From NCBI GenBank assembly GCA_038238065.1, contig JBBRYD010000001.1:17396-81395 (forward strand): a stretch of 64,000 nucleotides of DNA, in the 5' to 3' direction. The DNA is from Propionibacteriales bacterium. Its GTDB lineage: Bacteria; Actinomycetota; Actinomycetes; Propionibacteriales; Propionibacteriaceae. The notes beneath the pieces were generated by a model. It was not told where the DNA came from. It worked only from the letters and a program-made list of their open reading frames with translations, and made no database searches. Below, piece by piece: positions 8,927 to 18,291 of the stretch. How positions within the stretch are numbered: position 1 is the first letter of the stretch; every line of letters begins with the position of its first letter. A program made the translations under genes and the position numbers.

Positions 8927-9364
8927 ATGCCTATCAAACTCGAGAACGTCGGCATCGCCGTACGCGACCTCGAAGCGGCGATCACCTTCTTCACCGACCT
9001 CGGTCTGACGGTCGTTGGCCGCGATACGGTGAGCGGAGAGTGGGCCGACACAGCCGTCGGTCTCGACGGCAACCACGCCAAGGTCGCCATGCTCCAGACA
9101 CCAGACGGCAACGGTCGCATCGAGCTCTTCGAATACATTCACCCCGATGCGATCGAGAGGAGTCCGACCCCGCCCAACGAGATCGGCATGCATCGCGTCG
9201 CCTTCTCCGTCGATGACATCAATGAGGCCCTGGAGATCGCCGCGAGGCACGACTGTCACCCCCTGCGCGGAGTGGCGACCTATGGGGACGTCTACAAGCT
9301 CAGCTACCTTCGCGGCCCCAGCGGCATCATCGTGATGCTCACCGAGGAGCTGCAGAAGAGCTGA
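8927..9364 (+). CDS. VOC/glyoxalase family protein
   Basis: LENVGIAVRDL...IELFEY...MHRVAFSVDD...YLRGPSGIIVMLTE. Confidence 0.9.
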   Translation: MPIKLENVGIAVRDLEAAITFFTDLGLTVVGRDTVSGEWADTAVGLDGNHAKVAMLQTPDGNGRIELFEYIHPDAIERSPTPPNEIGMHRVAFSVDDINEALEIAARHDCHPLRGVATYGDVYKLSYLRGPSGIIVMLTEELQKS

Positions 9365-9372
9365 CCGCGCGC

Positions 9373-10101
9373 TCAGACTGGTCGAACCCGGGCCAGTTGC
9401 TCCCTCGCGTGGTCGTCGTCCCAGCAAACGGCGGCCTCCCATGCGGCCGACGCTTGGGCCGCGATGTCGTACGCGCCCTCGCCGAGATCGGCGGCGTTGC
9501 CGGGCAGCACCAGATCGAGGTCCGCGACGTCTGTGTGCGACTCGTCCCAGTCGATCAGCGCGACCCGATCTGCGGTCATGCGGATGTTGCCCGGGTTGGG
9601 GTCTCCGTGCACGACGCAGGTCTGACGCCCAGCGAGCGGCGCCCACGCTGCTCGGCATCGGGCAACGCCCTCTGCCGGCATCGCGCGAAGGTCGATCTTC
9701 GTCCCGGTCTCCGCGTGCAGCAGGTCGGTCGACGAACGCCAGCCCGGGCGCTGCGGCCAGCCCTGCGTCACGCGATGTAGCTGGCGAAGTGTGTCGGCCA
9801 CGCGACGCCAGTCGTTCTCCGTCGCGGGCGGTCCGCCCTCCACGTAGGTCATCACCACCAGACCATCGGCGAACAGCCGGCCGGCCGTCGTCTCAATCGG
9901 CACCGGCACCGTCAGCCCCTCGCGGTCGAGGTGTTGCAGCAGGCGCGTCTCCCACGCAAGGTCAGCGTCGCTTCGGGCGCCGAGACGACCGACCGCCAGC
10001 TGCCCGCTGACGCGCACGCTCCACACCTGGTTGGCGACTCCGCCGGCGAGCCGTTCTACCCGAGTAACGTCACCCCACTGCTCGAGGGCCTCCCATCCCA
10101 T
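9373..10101 (-). CDS. APH/choline kinase-family phosphotransferase
   Basis: GGVANQVW, VHGDPNPGNI, ALIDWDE. Confidence 0.85.
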   Translation of the reverse strand: MGWEALEQWGDVTRVERLAGGVANQVWSVRVSGQLAVGRLGARSDADLAWETRLLQHLDREGLTVPVPIETTAGRLFADGLVVMTYVEGGPPATENDWRRVADTLRQLHRVTQGWPQRPGWRSSTDLLHAETGTKIDLRAMPAEGVARCRAAWAPLAGRQTCVVHGDPNPGNIRMTADRVALIDWDESHTDVADLDLVLPGNAADLGEGAYDIAAQASAAWEAAVCWDDDHAREQLARVRPV

Positions 10102-10229
10102 GAGCCACCTCTTCCCAGGCGTTCGAGCAGTGTCGCGGCGGACTTCAAGCTATCCCTGCTCGTTGCGCTGCTCATGGGCGCCTCCCCGCTTGCATCCTGG
10201 TCAAGTCGCCCGGTGGGGACGTCGATGCC

Positions 10230-10898
10230 TTACCGGAGGAATGTGAAGAGCGCCGGTTGGTCCGGCTGGAGGTCTACCGTGGGACCTGTGTAGCGAAGCA
10301 CTCCCACAGCGGGTCGGCCGCCGTCCTCGTGCGTCTCGTACGTGAGCTCCGTGAAGCCAGCGGCTGCACAACGGGCGCGCACCTCGTGGTTGAGGTCACC
10401 AGCCGTCACCCCGGGCAGCCCGCGACTGAATCTGCGGCCCCGTGACCAGATGAGCGTGGCACCCGGCCGACACAGCTGCGGTGCGAAGGCGATCAAGCGC
10501 CAGACATCGACGTCTGCGATATTGCCGAAGATGCCAACCATCACGACGATGTCGGCCGGAACCGCTCCGCGGTAGGCGTCGGCGCTACTGGCGTCCGTGG
10601 TGCGTACCTCGACCTGCGGCAAGACCGCGAGCGCTGCGGCATCTCGGGCCTGTTGGGATAGTTCGGGGTGCAGTTCCAGCAGCACCGCCGATACCCGGTG
10701 TGCGTCGGTCCGCTCGGTGAGCACCCCGATAACGTCTCGGCCGTCCCCCGCGCAGATGCTGATGAGGCGCACGCTCCCCCGATACCGGTTCAGCGCGTCG
10801 TCGATCGAGCGGCGGACCAGCTGCAGCCGCCAAGACAGAGCCGACTGTGGGTCGTCATAGCGGTGATGCCATTCCTGGTAGTCACGCGTCTCGCTCAT
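10230..10898 (-). CDS. Class I SAM-dependent methyltransferase
   Basis: ISICAGDGRDV motif I, LLELHP, GIFGNI. Confidence 0.8.
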   Translation of the reverse strand: MSETRDYQEWHHRYDDPQSALSWRLQLVRRSIDDALNRYRGSVRLISICAGDGRDVIGVLTERTDAHRVSAVLLELHPELSQQARDAAALAVLPQVEVRTTDASSADAYRGAVPADIVVMVGIFGNIADVDVWRLIAFAPQLCRPGATLIWSRGRRFSRGLPGVTAGDLNHEVRARCAAAGFTELTYETHEDGGRPAVGVLRYTGPTVDLQPDQPALFTFLR

Positions 10899-11147
10899 GT
10901 CATGAGCATGGCAGCACGGGGCCGTCCGAAGGGAGGTGGTGAACAGTCCGACCGTGCTGCCATACTTCGTGCGTGAACACTCCGGTACCCGGCCATCAGG
11001 GCACGCGCTGACCCTGAGTCAGGGCGTGCCGGCTCCGAACACCGCAGAGCATTTCTGTTGATCGACCGACGCCTCCGGATCATCACCTGAGCATCAGGGC
11101 AGCGACCTTCCACCCTTCGCACGGTTCTCTGGAAGTAGCCCCCCACC

Positions 11148-12311
11148 ATGTTCTTCCTCCTTGCTCTGCTGGCCTTTTTCGCCATCGCCTTGCCCGACGC
11201 CATGTTGGGTGTTGCCTGGCCCTTCATGCGGGTCACCCTCGACCAGCCGCTGGCGGCGATGACCTTGGTCCTTCCCTTCGGAGTGGCAGCCACCCTGGTG
11301 TCCGCCAGCGGCTGGACGTGGGCCGCAGCTCGCCTCGGTCTGGGCCGGTTGCTCGCCGGCAGCGTCGCCCTTTCCGCGGTGGCTCTGCTGTGTTGTGCTG
11401 TCGCCACCACCTACTGGGTCATCGTGGCCTGCGCCGTTCTGTTCGGGCTGTCAGGCGGAGCGATCGACGCCGCCCTGAACTCTTATGCGGCCCGGCATTT
11501 CGGGCCACGCGCGATCAACTTCATGCATGCTGCCTACGGAATGGGGGCCGCCACGTCGCCGTTGGTCGTGACGATAGTGGTCAGCACCGGCTCCAGCTGG
11601 CGATGGGCCTACCTGATCGTCATGATCATCCAGGTCCTCCTGACGGTCATGTTCGCCGCCTCCGCGCGACGATGGAACGATGCCGCCAAAACCCGGGCTG
11701 CGCCAGGGTCGTCATCGCCGTCTCCGGATGGCCCGCAGTGGCGTCCGCCGCCACGGGCGGTGGCTGGGCTGCTGGTCGTCGCGGTTGAATCCGGACTGGA
11801 GTCGGTGGTCGGACTATGGGCCTTCGTCTTCCTTCTCCAGGGCGTCACGCTTGAGCCGGCGATGGCTGGAGTTATCGTTTCGGGGTACTGGGCCGCCCTT
11901 GTCGTCGGCCGCGTTCTGCTCGGCTCCGTGGCCGAACGCGTCGGAACCTGGCCCGTTCTGGCGGCAGCGTCCGTGGCGGCTGTCATCGCAGCTGCACTCT
12001 TGCTGTCGCGCCAACCAATCCCGTCTGCTGCGGGAATTGTCCTGCTCGGTCTCGCGGTCGCACCCTGCTACCCCTTGCTGGTGCTGACTACCGAGGAGAG
12101 AACCAGTGCACGGCTCGTGGATCGGCTGGTCGGCTTCCAAGGAGCCGCCGACACCTTGGGGTCCATAACCTGCGCGGGCGTGGCCGGCGTGATCATGGCA
12201 GCCGATCTGACCGGTTTCGCCTACTGCGTCTTCGCTCTTGCCCTGTTGACCAGTGGCGGCATCTGGGCCTTGAAGCCGGGGAAACACTCACCGGCACGAT
12301 CCCCTCGCTGA
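11148..12311 (+). CDS. MFS transporter
   Basis: About 12 hydrophobic segments; LPDAMLGVAWP, GAIDAALN, NFMHAAYGMG. Confidence 0.9.
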   Translation: MFFLLALLAFFAIALPDAMLGVAWPFMRVTLDQPLAAMTLVLPFGVAATLVSASGWTWAAARLGLGRLLAGSVALSAVALLCCAVATTYWVIVACAVLFGLSGGAIDAALNSYAARHFGPRAINFMHAAYGMGAATSPLVVTIVVSTGSSWRWAYLIVMIIQVLLTVMFAASARRWNDAAKTRAAPGSSSPSPDGPQWRPPPRAVAGLLVVAVESGLESVVGLWAFVFLLQGVTLEPAMAGVIVSGYWAALVVGRVLLGSVAERVGTWPVLAAASVAAVIAAALLLSRQPIPSAAGIVLLGLAVAPCYPLLVLTTEERTSARLVDRLVGFQGAADTLGSITCAGVAGVIMAADLTGFAYCVFALALLTSGGIWALKPGKHSPARSPR

Positions 12312-12366
12312 CTCTGGCAACTCGCTGACAGGCGCTTCCGGACGGACGTGGTCGGGTGAGTGGATC

Positions 12367-13356
12367 ATGGGGTGCGTGACTTCTCCCGAACAGCTGTCGC
12401 CTGTGCGGGTGTCGCCGGCACCGAGTGAGCTGCCGTTCGGTGTGACGTGGACGGACCTCGCGGTTGCTCTACCCACAGCCGCTACGGGAGGACAAGCGTT
12501 CATCTCGTACGCCAAGCGTGGACGGCATCAGGGCGGCCACCCCTCGATGATCATGACGCTGACCTATGGCGCGACAGACGGAACCCGTCGCGACCAGACA
12601 CTGTTCTTCAAGCTCAACGGCGACGACTCCCGTGAAGCTGAGCGTTACCGGTTCCTCGCCGGACGCGGAATCTCCGTGCCCGACGTCGCACTGTGCGTCG
12701 AACGCGAGGGCGAAGAGGTGCTCGCTGTGCAGTTCGTGCCGTCGGTTGGAGTCGTTGCTATCGACGTCGACGAGCTCGTGGAGCTGGTCGCCGCTCTCAA
12801 CTCGTTGACCGACGTGCCCTGCGCGATAGCTGCCACTCGTCCTGGGATGGTTCAGTCAGAGTTCGAGCAGCTCCTCGCCCGAGCTCTCGACGAGATCTCT
12901 GCTGTGTGGCCAGAATGCCGACCAGGCGCCTGGCTGGAGGCGTACCGAGAAGCAGCCCGGATCTACCTGACTCTGCCGCAAGCACTGACCCACGGCGAGC
13001 TTGCAGCCCAGCAGGTCGGGCGGACCGAGGACGGTCGGCTGGTGCTGTTCGATCTGGCCACGGTCGGCAGCCGGGCACGCCTCGCCGATATCGCGAACCT
13101 GCTGGAAACCTTGGTTCAGGTCTCGGGCCAGGACGAGCAGACTGTCCTGGGGCACTACCTGCACCACCTCTCCTCGGCGAGCGGCTCGACCGGTCCGACC
13201 GACCAGTGGTGGGCGGAACTGCGACTGACCCGCTTCGTCCAGGAGCTGGAGGCGCTTCCCTGGCGCGTGAGCCTCAACCGTCCCGCTGAACTCCGCCACC
13301 ACATCCAGACCATCGCTGCGGACTACCCGGCAGTCCTCGACCAGATCGTCGCGTGA
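12367..13356 (+). CDS. APH-like phosphotransferase (divergent catalytic loop)
   Basis: LFFK, LTHGELAAQQV, VLFDLAT, LADIA; alternative start GTG 12376. Confidence 0.7.
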   Translation: MGCVTSPEQLSPVRVSPAPSELPFGVTWTDLAVALPTAATGGQAFISYAKRGRHQGGHPSMIMTLTYGATDGTRRDQTLFFKLNGDDSREAERYRFLAGRGISVPDVALCVEREGEEVLAVQFVPSVGVVAIDVDELVELVAALNSLTDVPCAIAATRPGMVQSEFEQLLARALDEISAVWPECRPGAWLEAYREAARIYLTLPQALTHGELAAQQVGRTEDGRLVLFDLATVGSRARLADIANLLETLVQVSGQDEQTVLGHYLHHLSSASGSTGPTDQWWAELRLTRFVQELEALPWRVSLNRPAELRHHIQTIAADYPAVLDQIVA

Positions 13357-13420
13357 GCCAGTCAGCTTGCAGAGGAGGCGCTGACGTCACAGGACTGGTG
13401 GGGTATCCAGAGCGGCGATA

Positions 13421-14218
13421 ATGGCTCGCGTGCCAGGAGACGTGGGTGGCGAGCCAGAGGTCACCTTGGCCGGAGGGAACATGAGCGACGTGGTCCGTCG
13501 TGGACCCCACGTGCACCGAAGTGCCGGGCCCTGGACCCCGACGATCCATCGTCTGCTGGACCACCTCCACCGGCACGGCGTCACCTGGCTGCCTCGGCCT
13601 CTCGGTCTCGACGAAGACGGCCGGGAAGTGTTGACCTACCTCCCGGGGACCGCGCCGAATTATCCGATGCCCTCTTGGGTGTGGTCCGAAGAGGTGCTGG
13701 TCGAGGCTGGTATGCGGCTGGCCCAGTTCCACCGCGCCTGCGCGGACTTCGATGCCACCGGCGCGATCTGGCAGATCCCCGCACATCAACCAGCGGAGGT
13801 GATCTGCATCAACGACGTCGCGCCGTACAACATGGTCTTCGACGACGCCCAGCAGCTCATCGGGATGATCGACTTCGACACCGCGTCTCCCGGCCCGAGA
13901 GTCTGGGATCTTGCCTATCTGGCGTATCGGCTGGCACCGCTGACCCACCTCGAGGACACTGGCGCAGGCATGACGAGTATGGCGGTCCGTCGTCACCGTG
14001 TGGAACGGCTGTGCCAGGCCTACTCCCAAGCAGGTGACCGCGCCGAGATCGGACCTCCAGACCTGTTGCGGACCGCGACCGAGCGCTTGGACGACCTTGC
14101 CGCATTCACCGCAGAGCGTGCTGCGGGTGGGGCGACCCAGGTCGCGGCTCACGCCCAGATCTACCGCGACGACGCCGACTGGATCCAGCAGCACGTCGAG
14201 GAGCTGGCATCCGTCTGA
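13421..14218 (+). CDS. APH-family phosphotransferase (trifolitoxin-immunity-like group)
   Basis: LAGGNMSDVVR, GREVLTYLPG, CINDVAPYN, MIDFDTA.PG.R.WDLAY. Confidence 0.85.
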   Translation: MARVPGDVGGEPEVTLAGGNMSDVVRRGPHVHRSAGPWTPTIHRLLDHLHRHGVTWLPRPLGLDEDGREVLTYLPGTAPNYPMPSWVWSEEVLVEAGMRLAQFHRACADFDATGAIWQIPAHQPAEVICINDVAPYNMVFDDAQQLIGMIDFDTASPGPRVWDLAYLAYRLAPLTHLEDTGAGMTSMAVRRHRVERLCQAYSQAGDRAEIGPPDLLRTATERLDDLAAFTAERAAGGATQVAAHAQIYRDDADWIQQHVEELASV

Positions 14219-14305
14219 CGGCCTGTCCCGGACCTCAGCCTCGAGTTCGCTGGTCGGCCGGCCAGGCGTGCCGGCCGCCGTTCGGCCAGGGGATACGTTG
14301 TCGGG

Positions 14306-15211
14306 ATGGCGAACACAGGTCAAGTTCCGGCCGACCCGGTCGCCGGCATCAGCATCGCCTACGAGACGTTGGGAAACCCGGCCGATACCCCACTCTTGCT
14401 GGTGATGGGCCTGGGCGGGCAGCTGCTCGGCTGGCGGGAGGGGTTCTGTGGCGCGCTCGTCAACCGGGGTCACTTCGTGATCCGCTACGACAACCGCGAC
14501 GTCGGCCTGTCGACCCACCTGCACGACGCGCCTCAGCCGGACTTCGAAGCGATCACGCGTGGCGATCTGTCGTTGGTGACCTACACGCTCAGCGACCTGG
14601 CCGGCGACGCCGTACGACTGCTGGACGAGCTGAGTCTGGACTCAGCGCACGTGGTGGGAGTGTCGATAGGTGGGATGGTGGCGCAAACCATGGTCGTGGA
14701 GCATCCGACTCGGGTACGTACGCTGACGTCGATCATGTCCACCACCGGCGACCCTAGGGTGGGCGAGTCGTCGGAGGCGGCCCGGGCCATGCTCTTCGGG
14801 CCGCCGAGCACCGACCGCGATGGGGCCATCGAGAACGACGTGATGGCTCACCGGGTGACGGGTTCACCGGCGTACCCGACCGACGAGGACGAGCTGCGCG
14901 AGCACGCCGCGCAGGCCTTCGATCGCGCATTCGACCCGGTCGGCGTGGCTCGCCAGCTGGCCGCCATCTTCGCTTCCGGCGACCGGACCCCGCTGTTGGC
15001 GGGCGTGACCGTGCCCGTTCTGGTGGTCCACGGCGCTCAGGACCCGCTCATCGGTGTCAGCGGCGGTCGGGCGACCGCCGCGGCCATCCCCGGAGCGGAG
15101 CTGGTGGTCATCGACGGGATGGGCCACGACCTGCCGGCGGGGCTGTGGCCGGAGATCGTCGACCGCATCTCGATGCTGGTCGAGCGCGTCGAGCAGCGTG
15201 TTGTCGGCTGA
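14306..15211 (+). CDS. Alpha/beta fold hydrolase
   Basis: MGLG, DNRDVGLS, GVSIGG nucleophile, HGAQDPL, GMGHD. Confidence 0.92.
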   Translation: MANTGQVPADPVAGISIAYETLGNPADTPLLLVMGLGGQLLGWREGFCGALVNRGHFVIRYDNRDVGLSTHLHDAPQPDFEAITRGDLSLVTYTLSDLAGDAVRLLDELSLDSAHVVGVSIGGMVAQTMVVEHPTRVRTLTSIMSTTGDPRVGESSEAARAMLFGPPSTDRDGAIENDVMAHRVTGSPAYPTDEDELREHAAQAFDRAFDPVGVARQLAAIFASGDRTPLLAGVTVPVLVVHGAQDPLIGVSGGRATAAAIPGAELVVIDGMGHDLPAGLWPEIVDRISMLVERVEQRVVG

Positions 15212-15307
15212 CGGCCGAGGTCAGCGGGTGGGCCCGATCGTGACGTTTCGATGGCCCGTCGGCTTGCGAGACGGCTGGTAGTCGCGCGGGACGCCCTCAC
15301 GCCGACA

Positions 15308-15802
15308 TCAGAGAACGATGTGCTGACGGCCATCGAGCAGTTCACAGACCAGGTCAAGGTGTCCGGCGTGCACACTCGTCTCGACGATGACGTGAACCAG
15401 GACGGAGCGCAGGTCGGGAAACGCCAACCCTGCTTGATCCCAACCCGGTTCGGGGGACGCCGGAGGGCTGTCGAGGTCGGTCGCGGCGATGATCGCGTCT
15501 GAGCCGGCCATGGCGGCCACGTACGCGGCGATCACCGCATCGGCTGGTTCGTCGGCGTTCACCCGCCAGTCCGCGTTGTGACCCTCCGGCCAGAAGTCCA
15601 GGGGGCGACCGTCGATGACGACCTCGAACCAGTAACGCTCGTCTGAGATTGTGAGGTGGCGAAGCAGACCGAGCGGTGTCCACCCTGAGGGGGCCACCGG
15701 GGTGCGTAGCTGGTCCTGAGTCAGACCTTGAATCTGACTGAGCACGTGGGCCCGGCTTGTGGACAACGCTCCGGTCAGAGCGTCGCGCTCGGCTGTGGTC
15801 AT
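15308..15802 (-). CDS. DinB/DUF664 family (mycothiol transferase-like)
   Basis: PSGWTPLGLLRHLTISDERYWF...HVIVETSVHAGHLD. Confidence 0.88.
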   Translation of the reverse strand: MTTAERDALTGALSTSRAHVLSQIQGLTQDQLRTPVAPSGWTPLGLLRHLTISDERYWFEVVIDGRPLDFWPEGHNADWRVNADEPADAVIAAYVAAMAGSDAIIAATDLDSPPASPEPGWDQAGLAFPDLRSVLVHVIVETSVHAGHLDLVCELLDGRQHIVL

Positions 15803-15818
15803 GGATCGATCCCCGAGG

Positions 15819-16259
15819 TCAGAATCCACCCGCTCCCTGTGGCTCGGTCGGCGTCCCGGGCCAGGCTGCCTGCGTGACGTGGCCGCCGGTGATCGTGGTG
15901 GTGAGTTCGACCGGCCCATGGGGACGTTGGTACAACTCGTAGACCCCTTCGACCAGCTCGGGGAAGACAAGGCTATGGATCTGGTTGCCTGCCGTGGGCC
16001 TCGCCACCACCGCCACATGCGGAAGCCGCAGGCCCTCGTCTGCGTGCGAATGGCCCTGGTGGTCATGCGTATGGTGCTCTTCACCGGTGTGCTCGTGATC
16101 ATGACGATGGACCGCGGATGAGCCGTCTCCCTTCGGGCGGATCTCCACCTCTATCCCGTCCAGCTCGGCCGGCATGGTGACGACCAGTGCGCCGATGTCG
16201 TCGCCGATGTCGAGCAGCACCGGCCCCTGTCCCGCGTACGGATTTTCTGCGTTACTCAT
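15819..16259 (-). CDS. Hypothetical protein with His-rich insert
   Basis: GGAGG-type RBS before ATG; GPVLLDIGDDIGALVV...HRHDHEHTGEEHHTHDHQGHSH...HVAVVARP. Confidence 0.75.
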   Translation of the reverse strand: MSNAENPYAGQGPVLLDIGDDIGALVVTMPAELDGIEVEIRPKGDGSSAVHRHDHEHTGEEHHTHDHQGHSHADEGLRLPHVAVVARPTAGNQIHSLVFPELVEGVYELYQRPHGPVELTTTITGGHVTQAAWPGTPTEPQGAGGF

Positions 16260-16368
16260 CGGAGGATCCTCACCTTCACGGGCGAACGCTTCCGCTGCCA
16301 CGTCTGGGAAGGGCCTGCGGCCGCCGGTTCTCCGAGCCGGCGGCCCCACACTGGATGCATTGCTGCTG

Positions 16369-17769
16369 CTAGCTCTTCGGGGTGCCGGGCAGGGTCTGAT
16401 ATCCGCCGGCCGGGGTGCCGAGGTAGGGGAACCGGTTCAGGAACGGGCTGTTGGTGTTCGTCGTCCCGTCCTTGATACCGGCACTCGGGGTGTGCGACGT
16501 TCCCGCGGCCGCGTCAGGGACGTAACCCGGGTCGACGAGCGGGATGGTCAGCCCGGCGATCGCCCGCAGTTCGATGGTCACCACGTCATCGATGACGCGT
16601 CGGCCGTTCGGGAAGCCGGCCGGGTCCCCGTAGACGAGCCCGAGCGGGTTCGGCTTCCTCGTCGGCGGGACTGCCACGTTGAGTCGGACCAGATCGGCTT
16701 GGGTCGGCCCGGTGTAGTTCTGGAAGCCGGGGACTACACCCGTCGGGATGCCCGTCAACAAGATGGCCAACAGATCGGCCCGCGGCTTCGTGTATGCGGC
16801 CAGTTTGGGGAAGACACCCGGGTAAAGCACAGGCAGGAGCCGTGCCAGCTCGGGTGCCGACACGTACTTGGCGTAGTCGCTGTCCAGGTGCGGTGGCTCG
16901 GCGTTCCAGAGGTCCTTGATGGCCATCGGGTTGATGACCTCGTTGAACAGCGGGTTGGCCAGGCGTGAGACCTGGCGATAGTGCCCGTGGCTGTGGGTGC
17001 GGCCGGTTTTCTCGTCGAACACCCTGATTTTCCGACGGCTCGCGGAGGCCCACACTCCGATGACAGATGCTGCGTCTGCGACATCCGTCGGACGGTTGTG
17101 GTGCCGGGTGAGGTCTTCGATCGGGACCTGGATCGCGATGCTGTGCACATTCAGGCCCTGTGTCCCGTTGACCCCCACCGCAGCCGCAGACGGGATCAGG
17201 TGAGCCATCTGGAAAGGCCGCAGCGTGCCCAGGTCGAAGATGCTGCCGAGGTCGACGTTGAAGCCTTCAGCTCGCTGACCGGCGAAGACCTTACGCTCGC
17301 CTTTGAGGCTGTGGATCGTGTCTGCGGTGAAGTGCTTGTAGTTCGGCGTGCTCCGGGGCCCGACGTTGACCGGTGGCACCGTGAGGTTACTGCCCAGCAC
17401 CTCCGTATGACCGCCCCGCGCCACGCGCGTGACCGAGTAGTACTGCGGCCGATTCCACGTGGGGTCAGTCACCTTGGCGATCGGGCCCGTGTTGTACAGA
17501 AAAGTGTTCTTGTCGCGGATCTCGGTGTGGAACCGGAACTGGTAGGTGACGTCCGCGCGGGCGTCACCTCGGTTGCTGACGTGGATCTCGTACAGGACGT
17601 CGTCGCCGAACTCGTAGAAGTTGGGGCCGCCCTGCGGGTTCTGGAACGGGATGAAGTTGGCGATCAGGGTGACGTCGTCGGGGTCGTCCGGGCTGACGAA
17701 CGCATAGACGTCAGTGTTGTCGGCGACTGGGTCCTTGGAGATCTCTGGCGCTTCGCGGTGCGACGACAT
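16369..17769 (-). CDS. DUF4331 domain protein
   Basis: MSSHREAP.I..DP.ADNTDVYAF, GFPNGRR..DDV, FPYLG; no signal peptide. Confidence 0.92.
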   Translation of the reverse strand: MSSHREAPEISKDPVADNTDVYAFVSPDDPDDVTLIANFIPFQNPQGGPNFYEFGDDVLYEIHVSNRGDARADVTYQFRFHTEIRDKNTFLYNTGPIAKVTDPTWNRPQYYSVTRVARGGHTEVLGSNLTVPPVNVGPRSTPNYKHFTADTIHSLKGERKVFAGQRAEGFNVDLGSIFDLGTLRPFQMAHLIPSAAAVGVNGTQGLNVHSIAIQVPIEDLTRHHNRPTDVADAASVIGVWASASRRKIRVFDEKTGRTHSHGHYRQVSRLANPLFNEVINPMAIKDLWNAEPPHLDSDYAKYVSAPELARLLPVLYPGVFPKLAAYTKPRADLLAILLTGIPTGVVPGFQNYTGPTQADLVRLNVAVPPTRKPNPLGLVYGDPAGFPNGRRVIDDVVTIELRAIAGLTIPLVDPGYVPDAAAGTSHTPSAGIKDGTTNTNSPFLNRFPYLGTPAGGYQTLPGTPKS

Positions 17770-17771
17770 GA

Positions 17772-18059
17772 TCACGCCCCCGCTCTGGACAGGCGCGCGA
17801 TTCTCGCGGCCAAGTCTCGGTCGACCACGGTGACCTCCCGATCACCCGCCATCACCGAGATTTCCCCCGTGCTCACGTCGTTCACGTAGGCCACCAGGGG
17901 CCCCGCAGTCGCCTGTGCCTGCCCCCCTTGACCGTCGGCGCTGACTGCACCGCCATGTTCATCGCCGGCAAACGCGCTTGGCGTGAGTGTCACGGCACTC
18001 ACAGCCACGGCACCAGCCCCCGTCATCGCCAGGAATCTCCGCCGCGTCGCATCGGTCAT
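17772..18059 (-). CDS. Small Tat-exported protein
   Basis: TRRRFL twin-arginine motif, hydrophobic core, AFA cleavage site; GGGAG RBS. Confidence 0.8.
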   Translation of the reverse strand: MTDATRRRFLAMTGAGAVAVSAVTLTPSAFAGDEHGGAVSADGQGGQAQATAGPLVAYVNDVSTGEISVMAGDREVTVVDRDLAARIARLSRAGA

Positions 18060-18291
18060 CGTTGCTCCCAAGTTGTAGTGACTTGCTACTGCATTCGAAG
18101 CCGTCAGAGGAAGACCGGCCCCCGTACACGGGACTCTAGCGACCTCTCGGGCCGGGGGCGGGCGTTCTGCGCAAACGGCTCCCTACCCACCGCGTCCTGC
18201 TGGAACCGCTGGTCGACCGAGCGAACCAGATTCCGCGGACCAACCACCGTCCCACCATCGCCAGGACACCGGAGTCAGCCCCGAAACAGGA

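Noticed and set aside
8839-11051. 10-bp inverted pair TGCTCTGCGG / CCGCAGAGCA as possible transposon ends
   Set aside because: Too short, no transposase and no target-site duplication seen
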